Shown here: positions 27,013-40,030 of the stretch, one piece after another
How positions within the stretch are numbered: the first letter of the stretch is position 1
How the letters are laid out: the number at the start of each line of letters is the position of its first letter
From: Eledone cirrhosa
Lineage: Eukaryota
Length of the DNA stretch: 64,000 nt
Assembly (NCBI GenBank): GCA_964016885.1
Contig: OZ024742.1
Span: 49,910,001-49,974,000, forward strand
Reading direction: 5' to 3'
Notes under the pieces: model-generated
Told to the model about the DNA's origin: nothing
Databases searched by the model: none
Seen by the model: the letters and a program-made list of their open reading frames with translations, nothing else
Program-made: the position numbers and the translations under genes

Positions 27013-27876
27013 CTAGCAGTGGTACCCGGCGTTGCACGGGATATGGTATTTTGGAACGCGGGCCTAATCGTGGAAAAACTGCATGCCTGGACAATATGTA
27101 AAGACAATAAACCGAATACTCTGCTGGCTGGATAATCTTTAAGATTTTCCTCGATGAGGCAGGAAAAATACAGGTTTTCAGCTAATGCGGGCCCCAGGGG
27201 ATCAAGAAAATAATTTTTTTTTATGTGCATAATATGCCTTGACATTTCGGGGAAAATCGGCTAGACATAACGCCTCCAAACTGCCCTAAAAAGCTTCAAA
27301 AATGAAGTTTTTCACCTTATGCGGGCCCTAAGCCATAAAAAAGTTGGATTTTCTTTGATCACAGTATGAAGAAGAGAGTGACTAATACATAGTTACAATT
27401 TCAAGGAAATTGCAGTTTTTCACGTATTGCGAGCCCTACGAGATCAAAAAGTTGAATTTATAAGTAATATATTACATAAGTAATACACATGTAAAGTTTG
27501 AAAAAAATCGGTTGAGTACTTCTCGAGTTTTAGGGATTCAAACTCACACACACACACACATACATTCTCAGAGAAGTGACGTAATGCAGACATCCAGACA
27601 TACAAACAGATATTATAAGGGCGCGACGTTATATGTATGTATGTATCTAAAAAGAGAAAGACTAAGAAAAGAGAAAGACTAAGAGAGATCGCTAAATCGC
27701 CTAATGCAGTCCCCAGGGCAATGAAAATTTGAAATCTTTTTTACTCAGAACACTCCCTGAAACATAAGTATTACATGTGTAAAGGTTGAAAACAGTCGGT
27801 TGGGTGGTTCTTGAGTTTTAGGGATTCAAACTCACACACACACACAGACAGACATCCTCAGTTTTATATATATAGA
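27013..27876 (-). mobile_element. non-autonomous Helitron
   Basis: minus strand A|TCTATATATATAAAA start; 3' hairpin cccgtgcaacgccggg then CTAG|T; AT target, no TSD; internal subrepeats and CA tracts. Confidence 0.8.
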
Positions 27877-28268
27877 TTAACCATTTAAGTGTTATTTTAT
27901 ATTTTAAATTGTTCTAGTTAAACGGATCTTACAAATCACATGGATAAAAGATCATTCGATGCAGTGTCAATGTGCGTGTATGAGTGTGTGGACATATCTA
28001 TGTGTCCCACCTTTTCTGACAAAAATAAAACAAAACACAAACGATTTCACCATTGAACCTACAACACTTGAAATAAAAACGTATGGTGCTTTCTATATAA
28101 AAAATTAAGGTTCAACATGCATACGAGTATACGTGGCATATGCACGTATGTGTATGTGAATAATTTATTCATTACGTCGTGATGTTTGGTTGTAAGAATA
28201 TTTAAAATTATATAATAGTTTTGTTGCTTTTCTCCTATATTTCTTGTATCCGACCATTGTTCTTCTAG

Positions 28269-28374
28269 AATAAATCTAAGATGGTTTGTTTGTACAACAC
28301 AATACATCATTTTGTTATGGAAATTACTTTATGCTACAATATCCTTGGCTTCAAGCTACAAGAAACTTCACCAG
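28269..28374 (+). CDS. candidate exon of a small spliced ORF
   Basis: pyrimidine tract ...ttcttctag| and donor CAG|GTAAGA; open frame NKSKMVCLYNTIHHFVMEITLCYNILGFKLQETSP, phase 1. Confidence 0.35.
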
Positions 28375-28619
28375 GTAAGATTTCTGTTTTTGTTTATTTT
28401 TTCGCTCCTTTTTTGTTTTGTTTTGTTTTCCAGTTTTGCTATTTCCTACACCTTTCTTTCTTTATTTTTTAAAAATATAATTACATTGTTATTTATTGAT
28501 GGATTCGATTGTTGTAATATATTCTATATCAGCGCGTGACAAATTGATGTCGATAGATGTGGTGGTAGAGGGGTAATAAATAGAGCAATCCACTATTTTT
28601 CATTCGTTTATAATTCATA

Positions 28620-28790
28620 GTTTAGGCACAAGACCAAAAGAGGGAAAGTAATTACATCGATTCTAGTACGTGATTGTATGTAATCAACTCTGAAAGAATA
28701 AAAGTTGACCTTAGTGGGATTTGAACCCAGAATGGGAAGAACCAGATCACATATCAGTCACCGTAAATTCTGCCAATCCACCGCCTTATT
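28620..28790 (-). mobile_element. Deu/Nin-type SINE
   Basis: ggcacaag...gggatttgaacccag...tctgccaatccaccgcctta. Confidence 0.7.
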
Positions 28791-29235
28791 AGGGTTTATA
28801 ATATAAAATGACAGCCGTTACTGTTTCGACTCATGATGACATTTGAAGGATATTAAGCTGGTATTCCTAGCAAGTCAAGTGATTAAGTTAAACTCATGGA
28901 ATTGGTAAAGCACTGGACCAAATATTCTTTGTGGTATTTAGTTATATCCCTTTATGTTCTGTGTTAGATGTTAACTATTTATGACACCTCCCAACTGTGA
29001 AAATGTGTACCAGTCAGGCATTTTAATCCATAAGATCAATCATTCTCTCCAATCATACTCCCCGATTTCTTGAATCTATGAGAGAAATGCTCTATGATTT
29101 GAAGTGGAATGGTGATGGAAAGACGGCGACGATCACGGAGTACTCTCCTAAAGTTAATTAAATCTACTCCAGTACATTTTTTTCAAATGGGATAATTATC
29201 TAATATATATTTTTGTTTTAATTTTTTCTACACAG

Positions 29236-29327
29236 AAGCGATAACGAAAAAATCAGTTGTATCCCTTACTTTGGAAAAGACAGAAGAAGCGGACCAAACC
29301 AATCTGATTGAGAATCAGCATGCATGA
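29236..29327 (+). CDS. candidate terminal exon, phase-compatible with 28269-28374
   Basis: acceptor ttttaattttttctacacag|; (E)AITKKSVVSLTLEKTEEADQTNLIENQHA*, stop TGA 29325-29327. Confidence 0.3.
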
Positions 29328-29384
29328 TGTTTAGTGAACGAAACATTTAACTAAATAACAAATGTGTTTGATGATCCAGAACAG

Positions 29385-29545
29385 AGAAGGCAAGATTTGC
29401 TAACATCGATTTTTGTACATGTTATAAAGATCCTTTATATATATACCAACTGCGCCTTTCAAACCCTTTTATCATTTTTCCTTATATAAGGTGATCTCTA
29501 TGGAAAGTTTTATAACGTCCACATTTTTTTATTTTTCACTATATA
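29385..29545. mobile_element. half copy of the foldback element at 13117-13380
   Basis: shares gctaacatc-atttttgtacatgttataaagatcctttatat...taacgtccaca...ttcactata. Confidence 0.75.
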
Positions 29546-29630
29546 TATATTTGTTTTTGTTTTAATGTATTGAGTACCTTACCTACTGTGGTTACCCCCG
29601 ATTGAACCCGGGGCTGATATATATATATAT

Positions 29631-29833
29631 ATAAGTGGTTACACAACAGTTAGTTCACCTAACTCGTCCAATGGACTGAGTGCTCTACCACCACGGATAT
29701 TACCTTCCAGTGCTCTACCACTATATATATATATATACATATATATATAGTGGTAGAACACTGGAAGGTAATATCCGTGGTGACTCAGTCCATAGGACGA
29801 GTTAGGTGAGCTAACTATTGTGTAACCACTTAT
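29631..29833. repeat. inverted repeat with (TA)n centre
   Basis: arms ~29631-29722 / ~29749-29833 (ataagtggttacaca...taccact and its reverse complement). Confidence 0.85.
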
Positions 29834-31277
29834 TTGATTGGTATCTTTATTTTGAATTCTTTAAATCGGAAAATTCCTCAACTTCATGGTGGAATTTATC
29901 GTGACGATGCCCTTTTTACTGTCTTAAACTGCAACTTAGTTAACCTTAATATTATTAAGAACAATATACGTGATCTTAAAATTGAATTTGATAACAACGT
30001 CAAACTAGCTAACTTCTTGGATATATCCCTTAATCTTGACACAGGCCTATATTACCCTTACCATAAAAACAATGAGAATCTAAATTATGTTGATTTTAAA
30101 TCTAATCTCCCCACTAACGTTAAAAATGCTATAGTCAGTAATATTGAAAAGAAATCTCAAATCTATCCTCTAATAAAGATATCTTCGACGCTAATGCCAA
30201 TTACTATAATAATGCGCTTTCCAAAGCTGGTTATCCTGATAAAATTAAATACAGTAAAGAAACCAATCATCGAAGGACTTATACTAAAATAGTTAATTAT
30301 GAACATTCCAATAAATTAAATAAAAGACCTAGATACAAAAATATGATTTGGTATAATGCTCCTTTTTCTCTATCCATTACTAATAATATTCCTAAACTAT
30401 TCTTTAGAGCATTAGATAAATGCTTCCCTCCCTCACATATCTATAGTAAAATCTTTAACAAACATACAATAACATTTTCTTACTCCACCACTTCCAACAT
30501 CTCTAAAATTATCTCTAAATACAACAATAAAATATTAAATAATAAATTACATCCTTCCAACACTGAGCTTCGTAATAATAGCAAGAGTAATCCCGACGTC
30601 ATTGTTAACTCTAGGCTAGATTTTTAAAATTTAAATACGACGTCAAACGTACTTCATTGAATGTTCATAATACCAATCTAAATCAGGAAACTATTATTCC
30701 TATCGTAAATAACTTCTCCAATCCAATGCCTTCTATAAATAATACTAGGTCACTTGTTAATAACTCTGTTAATTTCTCTAATCGTAATTGTAATTGCCCT
30801 GTTAGAACTAAATGTCCTCTTAATAACCAATGTCTTGATAAAAACTTAGTGTATGAATGTAAGGTTATAACTGGTACTAATTCTTTTACCTATTTCGGTT
30901 CCACTTCCACTTCCTTCAAAGCAAGATTTTCTAATCACAAATCGTCTTTTAAATACCGACTTAAAAGAACTAACATGGCACTCTCAGAACTCATATTTTC
31001 TTTAAAGGACAAAAATATTAACTATAACATCTCTTGGAGGAAGGTTTGCAACGCCTTTCCTTACTTGAATTCTTCCCTATGCAGAACATGTAATCTCTGC
31101 CTAGCTGAGAAATTTACCATTATATCTAATTTCAATTCTATAATAAATAGACGCACGGATTTATTTTCGCTCTGCTTATCCCATAGAACATTCCATAAAG
31201 TAAACAGCTAATATCTCAATACCTAATTAGTTTAAAATCTTCTTTTCTCAAAGGCTTTTATATCTTTTACAAATATA

Positions 31278-31568
31278 CCTTAAATTTTCTTTTTTCTTCT
31301 CTCCTTCCGTGCTCGTTATAAACCTACTACTTACTTTTACATATTAAAATACATAAAAACAAACTTAAACCCTAACTAATTCATTTTTTAATATATTATA
31401 ATATTACCATTAGAACATTTTTGTAAACATATATACTTTTCGACGTTAGATATTTTTTCTTCCTTAAATTTTCTTTTTTCTTCTCTCCTTCCGTGCTCGT
31501 TTTAAACCTACTATTTACTTTTACATATTACAATACATAAAAACAAACTTAAACCCTAACTAATTCAT
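31278..31568 (+). repeat. ~105-bp direct duplication in the Naiad 3' UTR
   Basis: ccttaaattttc...ccttccgtgctcgtt...aaaccctaactaattcat at ~31278 and ~31462. Confidence 0.85.
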
Positions 31569-32059
31569 CTAATTTCGTAATTCATTTATTCTTCTCCTTC
31601 TTTCAAATTATATCCTTATTATCCTTAATATTTTTATTTTAATAATACATATTAATAAATTAATTTTTTGCAGATATTATTAAATCCTTCAATATACAAA
31701 CCTTAATTTAATACTATTCTTAATTCCTTTTTCTTCAATCATAAACATCAACATCCATAAACCTCTTTAACTTTTAATTTCAAAATCTTTTAAATTATTA
31801 TCTTCCAACGGTTTTTTAATTTCTCTCTGTGAGACAAGGTTTTCTCAGTTGTAAAGGCTATTTCTCTCTCTCTATCACTCATTTCTCCTCCTCTCTCATC
31901 CTTCCTTCTTATACTCCTCCCCCACCATCCTTTATTTTTCTTTCTTCCTTTTCCTTACCTTTTCCTACCACCCCCTCATTTTTCCCAATCTCATATATCC
32001 ATCTTACTTTATTTTACATATGTTGAGTTAAAACTTCACTGCTTCATATCATGTCTCCC

Positions 32060-32130
32060 TATTTTATCTGATGAGAACACAGATATCATCCTATGATGAT
32101 ATTTGTTTTTGAAATGCGCATAATAAAATA
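32060..32130 (+). ncRNA. minimal type I hammerhead ribozyme
   Basis: tattttat-CTGATGA-16-bp stem II (gaacacagatatcatc/gatgatatttgttttt)-GAAA-tgcgca-TA-ataaaata; predicted AUA cleavage after 32122. Confidence 0.88.
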
Positions 32131-32159
32131 CTTGGAACTCTTTTAACCATCTTTTGATC

Positions 32160-32220
<61 letters not shown>

Positions 32221-34239
32221 TCTCATTCACTTAGCCTTCTCTCTTTTTAATATGATTGATTTAGACCTATCTCCCACCGCCACTTTCTCTCTGTTATGCA
32301 TTAACACTTGCCAATGTACACACATCTATACAATGCATGCATACTGTATACTATCTGCTATTATAATGGTTCTATAATTATAGTTGAGATTTTGAGTTAC
32401 CTTAGAATGGCGAGGAAGCTGGTCGTTAACATAACACCTTATCTCTGCCAATCCCTTTCTCCATATTCTGCTCTGTTCCTTTTCTTCTTATCTCTCCTCC
32501 TTCGTGTGCATGTGAGTAGGTGTACATGTATATTCAAATGATAAAAGGGCATTCTTTAGAATAAGTATGCTCGACTGATTTATCGAAGATAAATGCCTTA
32601 CAGGAATATCAAGTTGATGCTAGTGGCTACTTTAATCTACGACCTTGGTGTCATTCATCCGTTTATCAGCCAGACAGCTATTAATAACCAGAAAATGAAA
32701 ATCTTTTCAATAAAAAGTACATAAAACGTAAGAAACAGAAATCTGTTTTTACACAGAAACGTGTGAAATTGCCTTCGGGCTTGCATGTGAAATAACACAA
32801 TAGATCAGTGAAACCACTATCATTGCTGATCATAGCAGCATTTCCTTTTGAATGTATCAAATATATACTAAATTATATGAAATGGCAAATCATCAAAAGT
32901 TATAAGGATGAAGTAAAATACAAGGTTTGTATAGATGCTCCATTCAATGAGGATAATGAGTGTATGTATGAGGGAGGGGGGTGGGTACATGATGTACATG
33001 ATGTTGATGATGTTACTATAATATACGGATGATGGTAATGTTAATACCAATCATTTATTAACCGCAAGGGAAATGAATGAAGGATATAACAAGAGAGGCC
33101 GCAAAAACAATGTGGGTTTAACAAAACGTAAAAAAATAAAAAATGCAAAATCAATGTGTTGAAAGCAAAGCGTATAAAATACTAAATTTTTCACCATCGA
33201 ATAGTGATGGACTTCCAAATTGATGTTTGATTTAGTCTAACCCCGGTTTTTATATGCAACCCCGGAAAACTTTCAACCTCTTTTCTTTTCGGAGTACATT
33301 TTCTCACCACTACCGTAGAAGGATTGGATTGAAACTCCTACTCGTATCCACTTCCAATCTCTGTGAAGAATGAGTAAACATCAGTGATACTGAAAGTAAA
33401 TACAATATTGACTGTTTCTACATCCACCATAGTTAGCTTTGGAGATGCTATAATAGCAATCAGGGACTTGCTGCTGACTCCTGCTTGCTTTTTCTAGCTT
33501 GTATCTTTCTGGACAGATATCAGGGGGCATTTTATATGACACGTGTAGCAATTCTGCATTTTATACTGTGTCACCAGGGAGAGTGACCATACTTCTGCTT
33601 CTCCAATGAGATATACCTTCAGGATAATCATTAGGGTCGATCTGTGTGTGTACAATATAACAGGTCCCATATTTCAGAGGATCATCTACACATTCACCAC
33701 ATGGTATCTACACAAATACCCCGCACAGGTTAACCAACATTGAGAAAATGTCGTTAATCTTTTCTGATTAAACTTTGTCAAAATGACTTGCGAGCAATAC
33801 ATTCTGATATATTCATTTCGTAATTTCCCGTCTTTGAACGTTGACGTTACTCTTTCATGACACTTGATATACTATCTTGTAAGGTGCAGTGAAATGGAAA
33901 CGAACATTTGTAAAATCTTTAAAAATATTAATTATAGTTTTCTATTCATGTCAGACGTATCCTGACACAACTGGATAGATATCTGTATTGTTTTTTGTCT
34001 TAATCTTTCACAATGCTAAATGGATTATTTAATTCAAATAAGGGAATTTGACTAATTTAAAACTATTGTATTTAGCACCGGACCTAAATTATTCTTGCTG
34101 CTTTTTCTGCACATATGTAAATTGAAAGCTACTATGGAAGTAATGCATAATATAGCAAATAAATTTGTTTAAACTTCACGTTCGCCTGGTGTGTAGCTAC
34201 ACAAGGATAACATTTAAATATTGCAGCAATACACAACTT

Positions 34240-34345
34240 TAAGAGTATGCATGTATATATGCTAGAATCCATCATTATATATTTCATAATTTATAAGAGT
34301 ATGCATGTATATATGCTAGAATCCATCATTATATATTTCATAATT
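34240..34345. repeat. ~54-bp tandem duplication; overlaps a 64-bp direct repeat (34197-34260 / 35180-35243)
   Basis: taagagtatgcatgtatatatgctagaatccatcattatatatttcataattt occurs twice. Confidence 0.85.
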
Positions 34346-35233
34346 TCCTTATGTAATATGAAGAAATACTGGAGCAGTATAGGTAAGATATCGTGATGAG
34401 AATCAAGAAAATCATCGCCCATACACTATATACTCATGACCAAGTCGTCTAAACATATTGCCTATCATATTCTAATCATCATAATTCAGTATGTAATATT
34501 ATGAGAAGTCTTAACTAATTATATCCTGTCATATAAATATATTTAGAAGATTTAACCAACAAGTGTAGCCTCATATATATTAATAGCCAAGAATTCCGTC
34601 GGTATTTTAGTTAGCTTAAACCTTTAAATTAGCAAAACGCTTAAATTATTTGAATGTATATGACACAGTCATATATCTATTACACATGGTAAAAAGGACA
34701 GTAGGCTCGCAAGTCATATAGTTGACAATTGTGTCATAAGTCTTAAATCAAATTACTTTCGTTAGATCGGCTTCCCAACAACGAATGTGACGTCGCTCTC
34801 TTGCGTAGATACCGGAAAAGCAAATATCTACAGTTGTAGAGCTGAGAAACATATCAAATCAACTGATATCTTATTTTTAATGTACGTCACTTCAAATTTG
34901 CGATTAGATTTGGGAGATTTAATGCAAATTCTGACTATTTTTTAAGACGATGGTTCTGCTCCTTACATAACTAAAATAAAACTATGTAGATACATGTAAC
35001 AGGTTGAGCGAGCACTACAGCAACATCTATTTTCCACCCACTCTCTTTATGTTGACACACAAACACTCACGCGCACGCACGTACACATGCACATTCGCAT
35101 TCGAATAGAAGTGTCTATGTAATATTCATATGCTTCAGTTGGGTAATTTTTGTATATGGTGCAGCTTGCTGCATACTTTCTACACAAGGATAACATTTAA
35201 ATATTGCAGCAATACACAACTTTAAGAGTATGC

Positions 35234-35276
<43 letters not shown>

Positions 35277-38200
35277 TGTGTGTGTGTGTGGGTGTGTGTG
35301 GGTGTGTGTGTGTATGTATGCGTGCGTGTGTGTGTGCGTGCATGTGTGTGTATAGATGTACATGCGTATGACTTAAGTTGGGGCTAAAAAAAGATGTTAG
35401 TATTATTTAACCGAGGGTTGCTATGAGCTGAAATGAAATGAAATCAAAAGAATGAAACACACTACAATAACGATGTAAATCAATGAATAGATAAATACAA
35501 TCAATATATGAATAAATAAAGAAATTGTAGCTACAGAAATAAACAAATAAATAAATGATTGTAGTTCAAGGAATATTCAAAGCAGAAAGAGAATAAAAAG
35601 AAATTATAGTATTTTCCAAGTAGAATTTATTTATAGTGAGTGATAGCATTTTGCTGAAGGATATAGTCATTTTCCTTCTATAGATTTTATCCCACACCAC
35701 ATCACTTGTTATATCGTGCTAATACTAAACTTTTATTCATGTCCTCCATTTTCTCTTAATGGTTACAGACCCCTGTCGAAATTTCAATCATGGAAACAAA
35801 ATTTAATTTTCTTTCCTCTGAAATTGCAGACAGCTGTCTTGAAATTATTATTATTGTTATTTTTCTTATATTTTTAATTCTTTTTAAAGCGATAACAATA
35901 TATGTATTTGTTGTCATTGACGTATTAACATTTGTTGGTCTGTCTACTTGTGTGGTGTTATGTACTATCAATAGAGTAGGAATCTGCTGATGAAGGTTGG
36001 AGATGGCGCTTTTTGTGCATATCTCTAGCTTTCATGTGCAGATCGATAGCGCAACGTTTCAATGCCAGATATAGACCTGCGATTGAACGAAACTATTTTT
36101 TTTTTCAGCAGAACACAAAGCAAAGCAAATAGACTTAGTTTGCTAGTCTTCACAAGCTTGTCAGATTTGTTAACTGCATCCGATATACAAAGTGATTGGG
36201 AGAAGTGATGCCCACAGCTACTCAGCGTCATTCACTGCTTTGCACTATTTTCATGGTGGCTGTAGTGAGATAGCATATCTATGAAGAAGTTGTAAATAAT
36301 TCTACATGCATCCATTTAATAAACATTCATTTATGTTACTTCCAACCAATGGTTCTACTCCGTTCATTACGTTTATGTCCCACTGAGGCCTATCACCAGA
36401 CTTTTGGGCTCAGTGTGACAGAATATCTGGGTAGGCATTCTAAATCGCAATAATTCGGAATAAACATATCACCGTAAAACAACTTTTAAAACTAAGCTTG
36501 CAACATGGGAAGTAGAGGAGAGGTGCCATTCAGTGCTGTTTTTAGTAGCGGTTTCGCATTACACCCCTATTTTCCTAACTTTTTTACTGAATCATCCTTT
36601 CCTGGAAATTGACGCGTTTAGAATTTTAGCCCCTTCCACTGTTTTTACCGCACGGAAAGCAATCTAAATATGAAGCTAATCATCATTTACATAATTCTCA
36701 ATAGAATCTGGAAAAACCTGAACATGTGATGACAACCGGCGTCTTCGCTTGACTAGCAATATATCTGGCATTCTCCAGTTTGAAATGTAGATAAATATTT
36801 ATTAGTATCGTAAAATATTCTATCATATTTTTCCAGAACATTTATAACATTCTAATCTAATGCACTGTGCTACAGATAAGCTTTTAATATATATTGTAAA
36901 CATCATAAGTCGATTGTGCAAACGCCTTATAGCTAATTGATAGGTAATAAATAACGCATGATTAAGTGGAAACAGTTTTAATTAATTTGAAACTTTTTAT
37001 AAAACACAACATATCTTTTACTTGAACTACTTAAATACAGATTAAAAAAAAAGATATAAGGATAGGCGGATAGGTGACGAAATGGCAAAGCCGGTAGATT
37101 TTAGGATACATTGCAGTATTTGTTCTGTATCTTTACATTTAATGGGAATCGACACATCAATATATCAAAAATAAATTATTTCATTTCATTGATTCGAGCA
37201 CGTAGCACAAAACTCTGCGTAAAGGTGTATTGAATCATTAACTGATTACCGTGTTCTCTTTCGTTGATAAAGAAAACGCAAATTTCGTATAATGTAGGTA
37301 ATGGTCCATTAACTACTGATGGAGTCATAACGGCACCATTCTGAGACACGGCATGACATGGGGATTTTAAACATAGCCGAGCCCGTCTCTTCCTAGGCCA
37401 GAACACAGTCAATTTCAGAGAGAGTCAGGGTGGGGAGAGAATCGAGACCAATACTGGACTATTAATCTATTTATTGACCTCTAAAGAATGTAAAATAATT
37501 TTGAGCCTCAACTAAGTCCGAAGATTTGTTAATCCGACACCATAGCAACTCTGCCATTACATACACCGACTTGTTATTTATATTACTTCAAATATATTGT
37601 TTTATCAGAGATAAAGTGTGTTCAATATTTGGCCAGTAAATTATCGTAGTGTTTATTCCATAGGTATCTGATGTACTTGCAAGATATAATTTCTTTTTTT
37701 AAGTAAAAATATACATATAAAAAGGTAAATAGAAACAACAATAAACCTTTCTGACCATGTTCTCACATTTCCTGCAAGCATACGCTCGTTAGGGAAATGC
37801 GAGAATCTATTGAGGGTATGTGAGTTATCCAATTCTGAAGGTATCAGCTTGTAAAATGAGGTGTCATATCAATTTTATAATTCGTATTCGGACGGTAAAT
37901 TCTAACCTGCAACATCGCAACTTGATAATTTAGACGCTAAACAACCGAAACAAAGCAAAATGGATTTTCTAGCTTACTAAATTCATTGTCTCGCTGCCGA
38001 GTACATGCTCGTACGAATCCTGATTCCATATCATAAGAGAAGAAATATTAGAGCCATGGATGAATTCCTGTTATTTACATGAGTGTGTGTTCGTGTTACT
38101 CTATTTTGAAGGATATTTTCGGTTTCTAGCAACCCCAGTTAACAATTACTCCCCGTAACAGATTTATGTGTGTCTATACCTGAATAAATGTTATTTTGCA

Positions 38201-39877
38201 TTAGCTCTACAACAATAGCAGATATTAAAGTTTGTGAAATATGTCATTTTCTGTGTTCAGAGAGGAATAGGAAATAAAAACATCACCGTCAAGCACAGCT
38301 GATGCCCAGTCATCAGAGAATTTCCTTAAATAGACATTACATAAATTGAAAATCAACTATTAATAGGTCGCAGTATACTTGAATTAGTTTTTCAACGATT
38401 GCTCCCTCTTTATCTGTTTCTCTTTTTGTGTATTATCTTTCTATTTAACGTTTTGTCAAACTAACTATTTATTATTTCTAACTCACAATTTTATCTCTCT
38501 CTTTCTATACACTTTCTATCTATACTCTATCTTCCTATCTCTATATCTGCTCTTTCTCACCTCTCTATATGCGTATCTATCTATCTCCAACTACAATAGG
38601 AATGAGCGCGCAAATACGTACATGTATACACGCACATTCTGTTTTCAATAGTAATTTATGAATAGTAGGTACTCGAAGGATCCGAACGAAATCTAATGCA
38701 CAGTTTCGTTTCCCAGTTGAGGGAGGTTAAACTTTTAAATGGTTTAACACATAAATCCACGAGAAAAAAAAGTGTCTGAACGTCAAAATCAACTAGCTTG
38801 TATGAAGTGGTGATCTCGTGTCTCAACATCAAAAGGTCCTTCTCTGATATTAATCAGTGACCTCGTGATTAAGTAAGGTCACTAGGAAAAATAATTTCCT
38901 TCCAAATATACAATAAATAAATAAATTACCCAGAATAATATTTCTTATAGTCATGCAAGGTGGCAGTTCTTCTGTCGATTCAGTAAATAAATTAAATATC
39001 CAGAATGATAATGTTTTTTTATATTCATGCAAGGTGATGATTTGGCTGTCGTCAGGATGAAAAATGTTTCACTGTGTATTTATTTATGACTGTTAATCAT
39101 TCCGAAATACACAGAATTATAACAAACTCAGTGTTTCAAACGTGGAAATGAATAAAACAGAGTTATATACAAATATTGTGAGGAGCACGGACGTTAAACA
39201 ATGAAGATATTCAAAAGTTGATATACATATTGAAGCCAATAAATAATTATATAAAAATATGTTGACATTTTATTGTTGCAGCCGTTATTGTGGTGAAGTC
39301 TAAGTTATCTACTGATTGTATATTTACATTTCGATTTTTCTCTTAGAGTTAGTTTTATATTGAAGGAAAATTGACTGTTATATTCAGTTTAAGAGCGGTC
39401 TCTTATTGTCTTTTGATAATTCTTTTTCTGTTGAATAAAATATGTTGAATGGGAAATCCATGAAACGTTACACAACTTTGCTCTCAGCGTCTTTGATATC
39501 TCAGAAAAACTTTTAGTTCTGGGAATAAAGAAGTGAGCAATGGGTACAATGAGTCTGTACTAACTCTTACAAGTCTCATCACAACACGTATTTCGAAACA
39601 AAATTGATTTAAATGTATCATAGACCAAATATTCTTCCCTTTTACCTTACCTATTTTTAATGTAAATTATCTGATGTGTTACACAATTTTGAGTATTTCT
39701 ATTTCTGAGTTGTCAGACTTGGCGTTGTTTATTTGATGTAGGCATCGTACAGGAATGTTTGTTTCCAAGTATGATACTATACTTGATTTATTAAAGAGAC
39801 CGTACGCATCAATTTAAATGTCTTGGTGATTACCTTACTATGTATTGAGATTATAATTCTCAGTACATTTCAAGAAA

Positions 39878-40030
39878 TGTGGTGAATTGGCAGAGCCGTT
39901 AAAACGTCGGATAGAATATTTTATGGTATTCGTCACGGCACGCTGCAAATTTTGAGTTCAAATGTCACTGAGGTCTTCCTTTGCTTTCATCATTTCGGGG
40001 TCGATAAAATACTAGTCGAGTACTCGGGTC
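39878..40030 (+). mobile_element. Deu/Nin-type SINE
   Basis: ggtgaattggcagag A-box, gagttcaaat B-box, ctttcatcatttcggggtcgataaaat core. Confidence 0.8.

Larger units (their letters stand above)
29834..32165 (+). mobile_element. 5'-truncated Naiad-like Penelope element (RT C-half, thumb, C-terminal GIY-YIG, long 3' UTR), pseudogenised
   Basis: GGIYRDDAL, NFLDISLNL, PYHKNNE..YV..KSN, IWYNAP, DKCFP..H...KIFN, CNC..CPLNNQCL..NLVY..C, YFGST..FKARFSNH, CNLCLAEK; ends in (TA)n. Confidence 0.9.

Noticed and set aside
33250-33850. Possible L1/Tx1 ORF1-like remnant on the minus strand
   Set aside because: Only a vague VTLPG/Cys pattern with many stops; not supportable by eye
35760-36800. GC-richer stretch suggesting an old TE coding region
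   Set aside because: No ordered motifs for a helicase, RT or transposase were recognisable
38856-38883. agtgacct...aggtcact short inverted repeat (nuclear-receptor half-sites)
   Set aside because: An 8-bp pair is plausible by chance in 64 kb; no supporting context
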